A program made the translations under genes and the position numbers. The notes under the pieces are model-generated. The model was not told where the DNA came from, did not search any database, and saw only the letters and a program-made list of their open reading frames with translations. This document shows, piece after piece, positions 46,040 through 61,115 of a stretch of DNA of 64,000 bases. The stretch covers positions 93,930,001-93,994,000 of the forward strand of contig OZ024741.1 in assembly GCA_964016885.1 (NCBI GenBank). Reading direction: 5' to 3'. Within the stretch, counting starts at the first letter, position 1, and the number at the start of each line of letters is the position of its first letter. The stretch comes from Eledone cirrhosa. Taxonomy: Eukaryota.

Positions 46040-46650
46040 TGACAGAATGCACCCTTTGAGGTGTATGACTCCCACATTAAATGGTTTCGATTTAGCACCA
46101 GTTATCAGAACACAAATACTCGGGTATCATTATAGAGACATCAGGGCAACAAGAAGCTGGCCACTAATTCCATACTCCTGCAGAACCTTCCACAGCAGCT
46201 CCCGAGGAGCCTTTTCGGGGTCTACAAAACAAGAATATACCTCTTGACAATACTTCTACGATTTCTCGAAGATTTCCCTTTTTGAAAATTGGGATTATAA
46301 CTCCCGATTGCCACTGCTTAAGTGCCTTTTCAGAGATCCAGGCCACCCGGCACAGACGAGTCAGCTAGAAAATACCTTCTCTATTTAAGGCTTTTAACGT
46401 TTCGTTTGATAGAAACCAGGAGGCTGGATTTAGTGCAAGAGTTGCAGGAGATAGTGACATAATGCGCCAGCTTCAGCATTCGGCAATCAGAGGGTGTGAG
46501 GTAGGTTTTAAAGCCAAACTCGCAATCTTCAATTCAGTATTAGTGCCAACCCTTATCTATGGTCATGAATTGGGTAATTGCCGAAAAAATAGAATCGTGA
46601 ATATAAACCGCCGAAATGGGATTCCGCCGAAAAGTTTTTCGAGTAACGTA
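46040..46650. pseudogene. RTE-clade LINE remnants in opposite orientations
   Basis: Minus: KQWQSGVIIPIFKKG; plus: KAKLAIFNSVLVPTLIYGHE. Confidence 0.65.
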
Positions 46651-46762
46651 AAAAAAAAACAAGAATTAAAAATTAAGTGTTAGTCTGTTCATATTTCGTG
46701 TTGAGAGTCTTCCCCAACAGACCTTCTTCAACACTTAATTTTTAATGTATATATATATACAA

Positions 46763-46839
<77 letters not shown>

Positions 46840-46993
46840 GTATATATATATTTTGAGTATAGGTTGGTTGTTTACCGACACCTCAGTATGCAGATTGGAG
46901 CACTCGACGAAGTGCGCAGGTTGGTTTGGTTACTCCGGAGTAATGTAAAATAAAATAAATAAGTCAAATATTTAAAATTTGGCTTCGTTTATT

Positions 46994-47048
46994 ACTGCTA
47001 TATATATTTCGGTGATAGCCATCTTTGGCTGTGACCTCTTCAGGCAGT
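46994..47048 (-). ncRNA. Type I hammerhead ribozyme motif
   Basis: actgc-CTGAAGA-ggt..agcca/tggct..acc-GAAAT-ATAT-ATA-gcagt. Confidence 0.8.
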
Positions 47049-48032
47049 CCGAATTGGTGTGGTAGAGTCAAGTACACATGTTGTTGAGGTGTTTAACTCC
47101 GTCAATACTCCGATATGCCCAGTTCCTGGTTGGGTTGCTATTTCTCTGAGGAACTGGAATCATATGAATTCGAACAAACGAATTTCAGCGTCAAAGGACA
47201 CCCTCTCCTCCCATTGGTCAGTTGTGAGAACATTCCTCAGTCAAAAGTCTATAGAAATTCTTTCTGAGACGAGGCAATCTGTAGTGGTTGTTATAAATCT
47301 GTAGTGGTTGACAGCATATAAATATACGTACCTTCACATATATATGCTGTCTTCAGAAATAATGAAATTTGTTTATTGAAAAATACCAACAAAGATTTAA
47401 TATAATAGGTCTGTTTGGGAACAGGTTTTGAATTGACCAATAGAAAAGTAGTAAGAGGTCAAGTTGATAGAATAGTAGTAGTAGAAATTTAATTAAGGGG
47501 TAGAAGAATGCAGACTTACGTTTTGAATGGAAAGAATACTTTGAATGAAAAGAATACTTTGGGATGAAAAGAGGTCAAGCTGGTGAAGGGTACACGAAAA
47601 TTTGATGTTATTAAAGAATAATGTTAATGTTAAAAACGAAGGAGAGTAAAATTTTAAGGTAAAGGTATTAGTGAGAAATACCAATCTTATTTAAAACACA
47701 AGGAATTTAGATCTATAACAAGAAATTAAATGATAGGTATACTTATAGGGATAAATTTATATTAATTCATATAGATGTGATAAATAAGAATTAGATGTTA
47801 TTAAAGAATGTTGTTAAAAACGAAGGAAAATAAAATTTTGGGATAAGTGTAGTAGTGAGAAATAACAATCTTATATAGACTACAAGGAATCTAGATTCAT
47901 AACAGGAAATTAAATTAATTTATATGTATACTTTTAGAGAGCTGTAAGAGGGAAATAAAATTATGAAGTTCTCTGTAGTAAAGTACTAATTATAGGTTAA
48001 CTAAATTAAAAAGACTAATTATAATAATATGT

Positions 48033-48076
<44 letters not shown>

Positions 48077-48387
48077 TATACATTGCAATGTTTAGACAAA
48101 TCACAGAGGCAATAAACATAAAAGAATTACAACCAAAATTAAATAGAAAATATGAGTGGAACAGCAACATCACAACTTACAATTAAGGACAAAATGAAAA
48201 CACACACGCACATAGAACAAACAACCAACCTGTAACATGTAAATAAACAAATAAATAAACGAATATAAACACACACAGACACCCGGATGTGGCGCATGCG
48301 CAGACTGAGCACACAACACACACACAGAAACAAGATGGCGTAGGACAGAACAAAGGAGAGGCACAAAAACAAAGAAAAGAATCCCCA

Positions 48388-48430
48388 GTCACTGAAGAGG
48401 TCACAGAATGTGTGACGAAAGAACTTTGAC
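48388..48430 (+). ncRNA. Type I hammerhead motif in PLE 3'-end fragment (48075-48585)
   Basis: gtca-CTGAAGA-g-gtcaca/tgtgac-GAAAG-AA-CTT-tgac; second copy 50237-50279; diverged relatives near 17080-17120 (+), 15843-15883 (-) and 25045-25092 (-). Confidence 0.7.
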
Positions 48431-48576
48431 AATATATAAACAACCATCTGGTTGTGGAACCAACCAACCAACCGGAAATTTATAAATTCCTAAATTTATA
48501 AATTTATTGTAATAAATTGAAGTGAAAGCAACTGGTGCGTGTGTTTCTTATTGGCAACATGACCCTCCCAAAGTAT

Positions 48577-49010
<434 letters not shown>

Positions 49011-49011
49011 C

Positions 49012-49043
<32 letters not shown>

Positions 49044-49118
49044 CGTTAAGACACTCTTCCTGCTATACAGTACATTGAAGAAATATATTTGTTCAACGCT
49101 TGAAATAGCAAGAAAGAG

Positions 49119-49154
49119 TCTTAACGTTTCGGACACTAGTCCTTCATCAAAAGA
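49119..49154 (-). ncRNA. Minimal hammerhead-like motif with no stem III loop
   Basis: tctt-TTGATGA-a-ggac/gtcc-GAAACGTT-aaga; relative at ~59122-59155 has CTGATGA. Confidence 0.45.
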
Positions 49155-49896
49155 TAGAGTTAGAAATAGAAGATAAAGAGAAGATAAACAGAACGATAAA
49201 GAGTGATAAAAAATGAGAAAAGAATGCAAAAAATAAAACGCACCTGCGTATTCATTTTTGAGATTTGTTGGTCAACTGATATCTTATGCGTTAGACAGGT
49301 TTAGAGAGGAATGTAATCATTGTATATATAAGATAGACATGGTGCGTGCGTGTGTGTGTGCACCTTTTGGTGTGTTCGTATGTTTGAAAGATGATCGTTG
49401 GACTGTGACAGGCTGGTTGCTGTGAGAGTGTGGTTGTGTGAGTGAGCGTGCGTGAACAGACCAGCGTAAGGGGATGTACAAAAATGTATATGAATGTCTT
49501 CATATATACACACACACACACATATTGTAGCAACCAAGATGGGCTGTGTAGAAAGAAAGTGGTAGCGAATATGATCGTTGCCTTTATATTTCATTACGTG
49601 GTATGGCTGTAAGAGAAGCTGATTAACTTTTGATACAACAATATGGTGTTGCAACCGAAAACGGTTAAGATACAGTCGGGAAGCGGTGGGGACGGAGTAA
49701 ACGTTAGGAAACAGTCAACACCGACGCCGCCACAATCACGGTACTGAGTGTCACGCGAACACTGATGCGTGGCACAAGAGATACAAGCACACATGGACCT
49801 GAGCTCTGGGATATGTGTCGGTGGTATATATGGATATTGTAGATATGGGTGTGTGTTGTAATTGTTTCAGGAACATTGTGTAGGATAAGAGGAAGA

Positions 49897-49927
<31 letters not shown>

Positions 49928-49997
49928 AATAAGACCGTCAAATACTTAAACCTGGATGTAAATATATATTGAACAATATATATATATATATATATAT

Positions 49998-50478
49998 ATA
50001 TTGTTATGCTTTGGGAGGGTCATGTTGCTAATAAGAAACACACGCACCAGTTGCTTTCACTTCAATTTATTATAAATTAAATTTATAAATTTCCGGTTGG
50101 CTGGTTGGTTCCACAACCAGACGATTGTTCATATATTGTCAAAGTTCTTTCGTCCTACACCATCTTGTTTTAGAAAAAACAAGATGGCGTAGGACAGAAC
50201 AAAGGAGAGACACAAAAACAAAGAAAATAATCCCCAGTCACTGAAGAGGTCACAGAATATGTGACGAAAGAACTTTGACAATATATGAACAATCGTCTGG
50301 TTGTGGAACCAACCAGCCAACCGGAAATTTATAAATTCCTAAATTTATAAATTTAATTTATAATAAATTGAAGTGAAAGCAACTGGTGCGTGTGTTTCTT
50401 ATTGGCAACATGACCCTCCCAAAGCATAACAATATCGGTTTCAACACACGTTTTCAGATAAAGAATCTTGCTAAACAA
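49998..50478. mobile_element. Inverted PLE 3'-end pair containing HHR 50237-50279
   Basis: 49998-50150 is inverted relative to ~50263-50434; tail on the right only. Confidence 0.8.
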
Positions 50479-50489
50479 ATTCAGAAACG

Positions 50490-50816
50490 ATATATATAAG
50501 GTGTCCTACACGAGTGAAAGTATAAAGAAAAAGAGATGAAATCGAAAATGCAACTGGAGTCTTGTTTTTTTTTTAAATATATATATTTATTTGGTTCCTT
50601 TACCGGTTTCGCAGTTCTTCTGCTTTTCAAAAGGTGAGTTGAGATGGAGGGTCTGTGGTTTTTCTCACATCTGATGTGAGAAAAACCACAGACCCTCCAT
50701 CTCAACTCACCTTTTGAAAAGCAGAAGAACTGCGAAACCGGTAAAGGAACCAAATAAATATATATATTTAAAAAAAAAACAAGACTCCAGTTGCATTTTC
50801 GATTTCATCTCTTTTT

Positions 50817-50822
<6 letters not shown>
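50490..50822. mobile_element. Palindromic mini-element with two U3:A8 hammerheads (50597-50634 -, 50710-50747 +)
   Basis: cctt-TTGAAAA-gcag/ctgc-GAAAC-CG-GTA-aagg; ~150-bp arms. Confidence 0.75.
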
Positions 50823-50860
<38 letters not shown>

Positions 50861-50890
50861 CTAAACTGTTATATATATATATATATATAT

Positions 50891-50927
50891 AACTAAACTG
50901 ATGCGTGCATATATGTATGTGTACCTG

Positions 50928-50969
<42 letters not shown>

Positions 50970-51405
50970 TGCTACTGTACGTCTGTATACATATATGTAT
51001 TTACGTATACATACATACTTACATTTAAGTAAGTGCCATACTAAGAGTGAGAAATGAAATTTCGTTTTCATTTTTTTCAACTTATCGTTTTCGGTATGCC
51101 TGACCGATTTAACTCACTCAATATGCAAATTAGGCTGCTCAGCCGTTAATTTTCATAAGGAAAGTATATACTTTCGAACGTTCAACTATCTGGCAGATGG
51201 GTATACGGTGCTGATGATAGCTAACAAGCTTGAAACTAGTACATCGTTCCTGTGTCAGTGTTGAACAAAAAGGTGACGTGGTTGCCTTAACACCGTATGG
51301 CATAAATTCAGGCTGTTCAGTTTGTTTACAAACGAACAAAGCGGCGTTATAATAAGCGTCCGCTAAACTGATGCGTGCATATATGTATGTGTACCTGTAT
51401 GTATA

Positions 51406-51471
<66 letters not shown>

Positions 51472-53485
51472 TATAGACATAGAATATTCGAAAATATTCT
51501 GTATGTTTATAATAAACATTTTGAAGACCTAATCGCTATAGAATAGAATACGTCACGTATTACAATTAGATTCTCGATAAAAGCAAGGGAAGTAATCTAC
51601 GCGTTTCATTCTTGTTAGAAATCATCAGGACTACATATCCAGTGCTTTTATCGAGAATGACACAGCTAGAGACTTATAGAATACTTAGCTGTGTACAGGA
51701 ACTGGTTTGAAAGAGCGGTTGCCGGTCCGGCAGAAATTAGAAATTGGAATAAATGCTCTGAAATAGCGATATATATGTGAATATAGACATAGAATATTCG
51801 AAAATATTCTGTATGTTTATAATAAACATTTTGAAGACCTAATCGCTATAGAATAGAATACGTCACGTATTACAATTAGATTCTCGATAAAAGCAAGGGA
51901 AGTAATCTACGCGTTTCATTCTTGTTAGAAATCATCAGGACTACATATCCAGTGCTTTTATCGAGAATGACACAGCTAGAGACTTATAGAATACTTAGCT
52001 GTGTACAGGAACTGGTTTGAAAGAGCGGTTGCCGGTCCGGCAGAAATTAGAAATTGGAATAAATGCTCTGAAATAGCGATATATATGTGAATATAGACAT
52101 AGAATATTCGAAAATATTCTGTATGTTTATAATAAACATTTTGAAGACCTAATCGCTATAGAATAGAATACGTCACGTATTACAATTAGATTCTCGATAA
52201 AAGCAAGGGAAGTAATCTACGCGTTTCATTCTTGTTAGAAATCATCAGGACTACATATCCAGTGCTTTTATCGAGAATGACACAGCTAGAGACTTATAGA
52301 ATACTTAGCTGTGTACAGGAACTGGTTTGAAAGAGCGGTTGCCGGTCCGGCAGAAATTAGAAATTGGAATAAATGCTCTGAAATAGCGATATATATGTGA
52401 ATATAGACATAGAATATTCGAAAATATTCTGTATGTTTATAATAAACATTTTGAAGACCTAATCGCTATAGAATAGAATACGTCACGTATTACAATTAGA
52501 TTCTCGATAAAAGCAAGGGAAGTAATCTACGCGTTTCATTCTTGTTAGAAATCATCAGGACTACATATCCAGTGCTTTTATCGAGAATGACACAGCTAGA
52601 GACTTATAGAATACTTAGCTGTGTACAGGAACTGGTTTGAAAGAGCGGTTGCCGGTCCGGCGAATATTCTATGTCTATATTCACATATATATCGCTATTT
52701 CAGAGCATTTATTCCAATTTCTAATTTCTGCCGGACCGGCAACCGCTCTTTCAAACCAGTTCCTGTACACAGCTAAGTATTCTATAAGTCTCTAGCTGTG
52801 TCATTCTCGATAAAAGCACTGGATATGTAGTCCTGATGATTTCTAACAAGAATGAAACGCGTAGATTACTTCCCTTGCTTTTATCGAGAATCTAATTGTA
52901 ATACGTGACGTATTCTATTCTATAGCGATTAGGTCTTCAAAATGTTTATTATAAACATACAGAATATTTTCGAATATTCTATGTCTATATTCACATATAT
53001 ATCGCTATTTCAGAGCATTTATTCCAATATATATATATATATATGCATGCTACTGTACGTCTGTATACATATATGTATTTACGTATACATACATACTTAC
53101 ATTTAAGTAAGTGCCATACTAAGAGTGAGAAATGAAATTTCGTTTTCATTTTTTTCAACTTATCGTTTTCGGTATGTCTGACCGATTTAACTCACTCAAT
53201 ATGCAAATTAGGCTGCTCAGCCGTTAATTTTCATAAGGAAAGTATATACTTTCGAACGTTCAACTATCTGGCAGATGGGTATACGGTGCTGATGATAGCT
53301 AACAAGCTTGAAACTAGTACATCGTTCCTGTGTCAGTGTTGAACAAAAAGGTGACGTGGTTGCCTTAACACCGTATGGCATAAATTCAGGCTGTTCAGTT
53401 TGTTTACAAACGAACAAAGCGGCGTTATAATAAGCGTCCGCTAAACTGATGCGTGCATATATGTATGTGTACCTGTATGTATATA

Positions 53486-53525
<40 letters not shown>

Positions 53526-53963
53526 TGCTACTGTACGTCTGTATACATATATGTATTTACGTATACATACATACTTACATTTAAGTAAGTGCCATACTAA
53601 GAGTGAGAAATGAAATTTCGTTTTCATTTTTTTCAACTTATCGTTTTCGGTATGTCTGACCGATTTAACTCACTCAATATGCAAATTAGGCTGCTCAGCC
53701 GTTAATTTTCATAAGGAAAGTATATACTTTCGAACGTTCAACTATCTGGCAGATGGGTATACGGTGCTGATGATAGCTAACAAGCTTGAAACTAGTACAT
53801 CGTTCCTGTGTCAGTGTTGAACAAAAAGGTGACGTGGTTTGCCTTAACACCGTATGGCATAAATTCAGGCTGTTCAGTTTGTTTACAAACGAACAAAGCG
53901 GCGTTATAATAGAGCGTCCGCTAAACTGATGCGTGCATATATGTATGTGTACCTGTATGTATA

Positions 53964-54011
<48 letters not shown>

Positions 54012-54125
54012 TGTTACTGTACGTCTGTATACATATATGTATTTACGTATACATACATACTTACATTTAAGTAAGTGCACTACTAAGAGTGAGAAATAAA
54101 ATTTCGTTTTCATTTTTTCAACTTA
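50891..54125 (+). mobile_element. ~480-bp HHR tandem array (retrozyme-like, about 3.4 units), interrupted by the 310-bp array
   Basis: Unit marker gcatg(c/t)tactgtacg at 50967, 53045, 53523 and 54009; HHR acggtg-CTGATGA-t-agct-aaca-agct-t-GAAAC-TA-GTA-catcgt at 51205-51247, 53283-53325 and 53761-53803. Confidence 0.85.
51469..53028 (-). mobile_element. 310-bp HHR tandem array (retrozyme-like): ~3.8 units plus ~1.2 inverted units
   Basis: atatagacat at 51471, 51781, 52091 and 52401; inversion at ~52661; HHR gtagtc-CTGATGA-t-ttct-aaca-agaa-t-GAAAC-GC-GTA-gattac at 51592-51634, 51902-51944, 52212-52254, 52522-52564 (-) and 52827-52869 (+). Confidence 0.9.
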
Positions 54126-54194
54126 TATATATATATATATATATATAACCACTCAGCCACACGCCTTCATATATATAACCACTCACCCACACGC

Positions 54195-57357
<3,163 letters not shown>

Positions 57358-57404
57358 GGTTTGTTGGTTCACCACTGTATATATATATATATATATATAT
57401 ATAA

Positions 57405-57596
57405 ATGTATCCCGGGTTCAATCGGGGGAAACCACAGTCGGGAGTAAGTAAGGTACTCAATACATAGCAGAGTATACATATTTAATATAGAAATGGCTTC
57501 TACAAGACTAGAACTATTTCATTCGATGGAAATCATCAGAAAACCTCCTATGATTTCCTTCGAAGGAAACAGTTCTAGTCCTGTCCTGTAGAAGCC

Positions 57597-57600
<4 letters not shown>
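57405..57600. mobile_element. Decayed copy of the inverted HHR mini-element family
   Basis: aatggcttctacaagactagaactatttcattcgatggaaatcatcag plus inverted gaaacagttctagtcctg..tagaagccattt; tail on the left. Confidence 0.7.
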
Positions 57601-57640
<40 letters not shown>

Positions 57641-57645
57641 TTATG

Positions 57646-57759
<114 letters not shown>

Positions 57760-57859
57760 TATATGACAAGTAAGTATGTTTTGAAACAGTGAGCAGGTTT
57801 GAAATTAGAAAATAGAATAGCTTTCACCGTATTTTAGACCGTGAAAATACGGTGAAAGC

Positions 57860-57965
<106 letters not shown>

Positions 57966-58013
57966 GTATATATATATATATATATATATGTAAATGTATA
58001 TATGTATATGTTT

Positions 58014-58062
<49 letters not shown>

Positions 58063-58448
58063 AAGAAAGAGATAGAGATAGAGAGAGAGGGAGAGAGTGA
58101 CAGAGAGAGAGGGAGTGAGAGAGTGATATATAGAGAGAGAGTCTGTGGGGAGACTACTAATCATGGGAGTACTCAATGCATGGGAGATGCAAAGTAGGTA
58201 TAGAGATAGGTAAAATACCGACCGCAGCGACAAGCGGTTTCGGTTGAGTGTGCAGCAAGCCTTGTCGAGCATGTGTAAAAATAGGACACTGAACATGGTA
58301 GTGCTTTGCTCAAATATATATATATATATATCCAAAAATTAAATTAAGTGTTGTCATGTCTGAGAGACATGCGCCATATCCACTACAGAATAAGCTCAAA
58401 GATTCCAATGAATAGATCCGAGCATTTTATATCAACTAGAAATAGATT

Positions 58449-58521
<73 letters not shown>

Positions 58522-58953
58522 AAAACGTGCTGCGGGGTTGCTAATGGGTTATATATGAATAAAGTTAGTCCTTCATCAGTGATCTTCCAGCCATCATTGG
58601 TATTTCATCGCTTTAAAGACCATATACCTCCGGTTGGTGCGAGCAACGGCTAAAAAAAGTCGTTGGGACACGTAAATAAAAGGGAACACGAGTGTAAACA
58701 AACAAAAATGGTGAAGCAACGAAAAGTGAGGAAGAAGGAGTCAAGTCCCAAATTTCTATGAATTTAAATTCGGTGAAATCGTGAACGACTCTCTCTATAT
58801 ATAAAATAATCATTTTAAATGTATCTATATTTGAAGTTCTAGTTAAACTTTAATTGGTTACCTATCTAGCTATGTGTGCTTACATACTTTACAAATTATT
58901 CCCTGTGATTGTTCCATATGTTTATTTTATATATATGTCAATCTATTTCTAGT

Positions 58954-59032
<79 letters not shown>

Positions 59033-59246
59033 CATATATGTAAAAGGTAAACAGAAATAACAACACAATCGGTGCAGTATATGGAAGGAATAGGTTAACG
59101 CTTGAAATAGCAGGAAGAGGGCCTTAACATTTCGGACGCTAGTCCTTCATCAGATGAAACAATGAGAAATTAGAAAGATTGAAAGGACGGGCGGGTGTAA
59201 GCATGTTTGTGGGAGTGAGTGTGTGTGTATATGTATGTATGTATGC

Positions 59247-59278
<32 letters not shown>

Positions 59279-59639
59279 TATGTCGGGTCACTCTTGAGTG
59301 CTACTGGTAACATGTAACCCAGTACAACCTGTCGCATGGTCGGGTTGTCGGTGACTAAACCGGGAACCCCTCCAAGTTTACTTGGTGAGGAGGGCGATTT
59401 TGGACACACTGCAGTACAAAAAACAAAATCTGACAAAGGGTGGAAGAACTCATAAGAGGCAACGGCTATCCAAAAATGTGTAAGTATGTGTATCGAGGGG
59501 CAGCCATGATGCGTTTATGTATGTACAAGTTCATCAAAATTTGTTTTGATTTTTAAGTTTCCGTGTTTTAAAGAAGAAATGGAACTAATGTATATCAAGG
59601 TCACAGATAAATACAATTGCCCACCCCAGGACACATACT

Positions 59640-59669
<30 letters not shown>

Positions 59670-59670
<1 letters not shown>

Positions 59671-60064
59671 TGGTAAAAGGAAAAGAAAATGCTGACAAAT
59701 TGTTCCCAGTGAAAAATAGTTTAATTAGGAATAAGTATTGGTTAGTATTCAGTTTTGGTTTTAAGTTTTACCGGTTGCGCATTTCTAATGCTTTTCAAAA
59801 ATAATTTGGAGATAGAGCGCCCGTGATGATTTGCTCTTGCAGATTAGAGCAAACATCACGGGCGCTCTATCTCAAAATTATTTTTGAAAAGCATTAGAAA
59901 TGCGCAACCGGTAAAACTTAAAACCAAAACTGAATACTAACCAATACTTATTACTAATTTTTACTTATTCCTAATTAAACTATTTTTCACTGGGAACAAT
60001 TTGTCAGCATTTTCTTTTCCCTTTACCAATATATCACAACTCGTGTGTTACATCTCTATTCTTT

Positions 60065-60068
<4 letters not shown>
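59670..60068. mobile_element. Miniature inverted pair of Neptune-like 3' ends
   Basis: 59670-59838 is inverted at ~59845-60030; tail cacaactcgtgtgttacatctctattctttt on the right only. Confidence 0.85.
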
Positions 60069-60121
<53 letters not shown>

Positions 60122-60181
60122 ATGTATATATACATAAATGGACATGGTACAGTAATACATATATATATATATATATATATA

Positions 60182-60212
<31 letters not shown>

Positions 60213-60469
60213 ATATAAATGGTCATGGTACAGTAATACATATATACAGTATATATATATGTGTGTATGTATATATATACATAAAATATATACAGTAATA
60301 CATAAAATATAGACACAACTAGAGATACTGATAATATAAATTACTTGGGGAATGAGTATAGACGATTATGATTACTATTTTATGTAATCGACAGATAAAT
60401 GAAAAACTAAGTCGACCTGAAATGTTGTTGACAATAGTAATTAATTGATAAGTTTATTAATCTACTTAC

Positions 60470-60619
60470 AGAATTCTCAATATGAATGCGGATCTTTTCC
60501 TTGGCTTCTTCTAAATTAGTCACTCCACTAATATTCAATCCTAATGTTTTCATCATCATAATTGCGCTCCGAAGATCCGACAGTGAATCAACATTTTTAT
60601 GCTGCTGTGGGCTCGACAT
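60470..60619 (-). CDS. Candidate first coding exon of an unidentified host gene (50 codons)
   Basis: gaagATGt context; non-repetitive peptide MSSPQQHKNVDSLSDLRSAIMMMKTLGLNISGVTNLEEAKEKIRIHIENS; consensus donor GTAAGT at 60469-60464 (phase 0); CCAAT ~150 bp upstream. Confidence 0.55.
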
Positions 60620-60997
60620 CTTCCACTTGCGGATTTATATCTAAATCGTTTTTATGTAGTTTTAACTGTGCTGCCAACTCACCGAAGCCAACTCCTTTAT
60701 CATTTGAATAAAAGGTAGTTGAATAAAATGAGTTGTTAAAATCCTTAACTATAATATATCCTTATTTCCCATTGGTTAGCCACATTGCTTAGCCACCCGT
60801 AACATATGTCAGCGTGGAAAACTATATATGTGTAAATATATATCATGTATTACTTTAGCCTTTGTTGCTACTGTTGTAAATGTTTCTATTGTATATGTGT
60901 ATGTTTAAAACTTTGTATTTGCACTGCTTTTTACGATTTGGTAGATTAAAAACAAACAACTGCAATGGCAAAAAGATATATATTTTAGGAGTGGTAA

Positions 60998-61115
<118 letters not shown>

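Noticed and set aside
51469-52661. Regular repeat array as a possible CRISPR
   Set aside because: Whole 310-bp units repeat with no unique spacers; eukaryotic context, no cas genes.
51139-54012. Repeated 105-139 aa ORFs in the 480-bp unit
   Set aside because: Antisense to the HHR, run through (TA)n, frame varies between copies, no recognisable motif.
58540-58580. Possible SECIS-like element
   Set aside because: No convincing stem and no in-frame UGA in the PLE ORFs.
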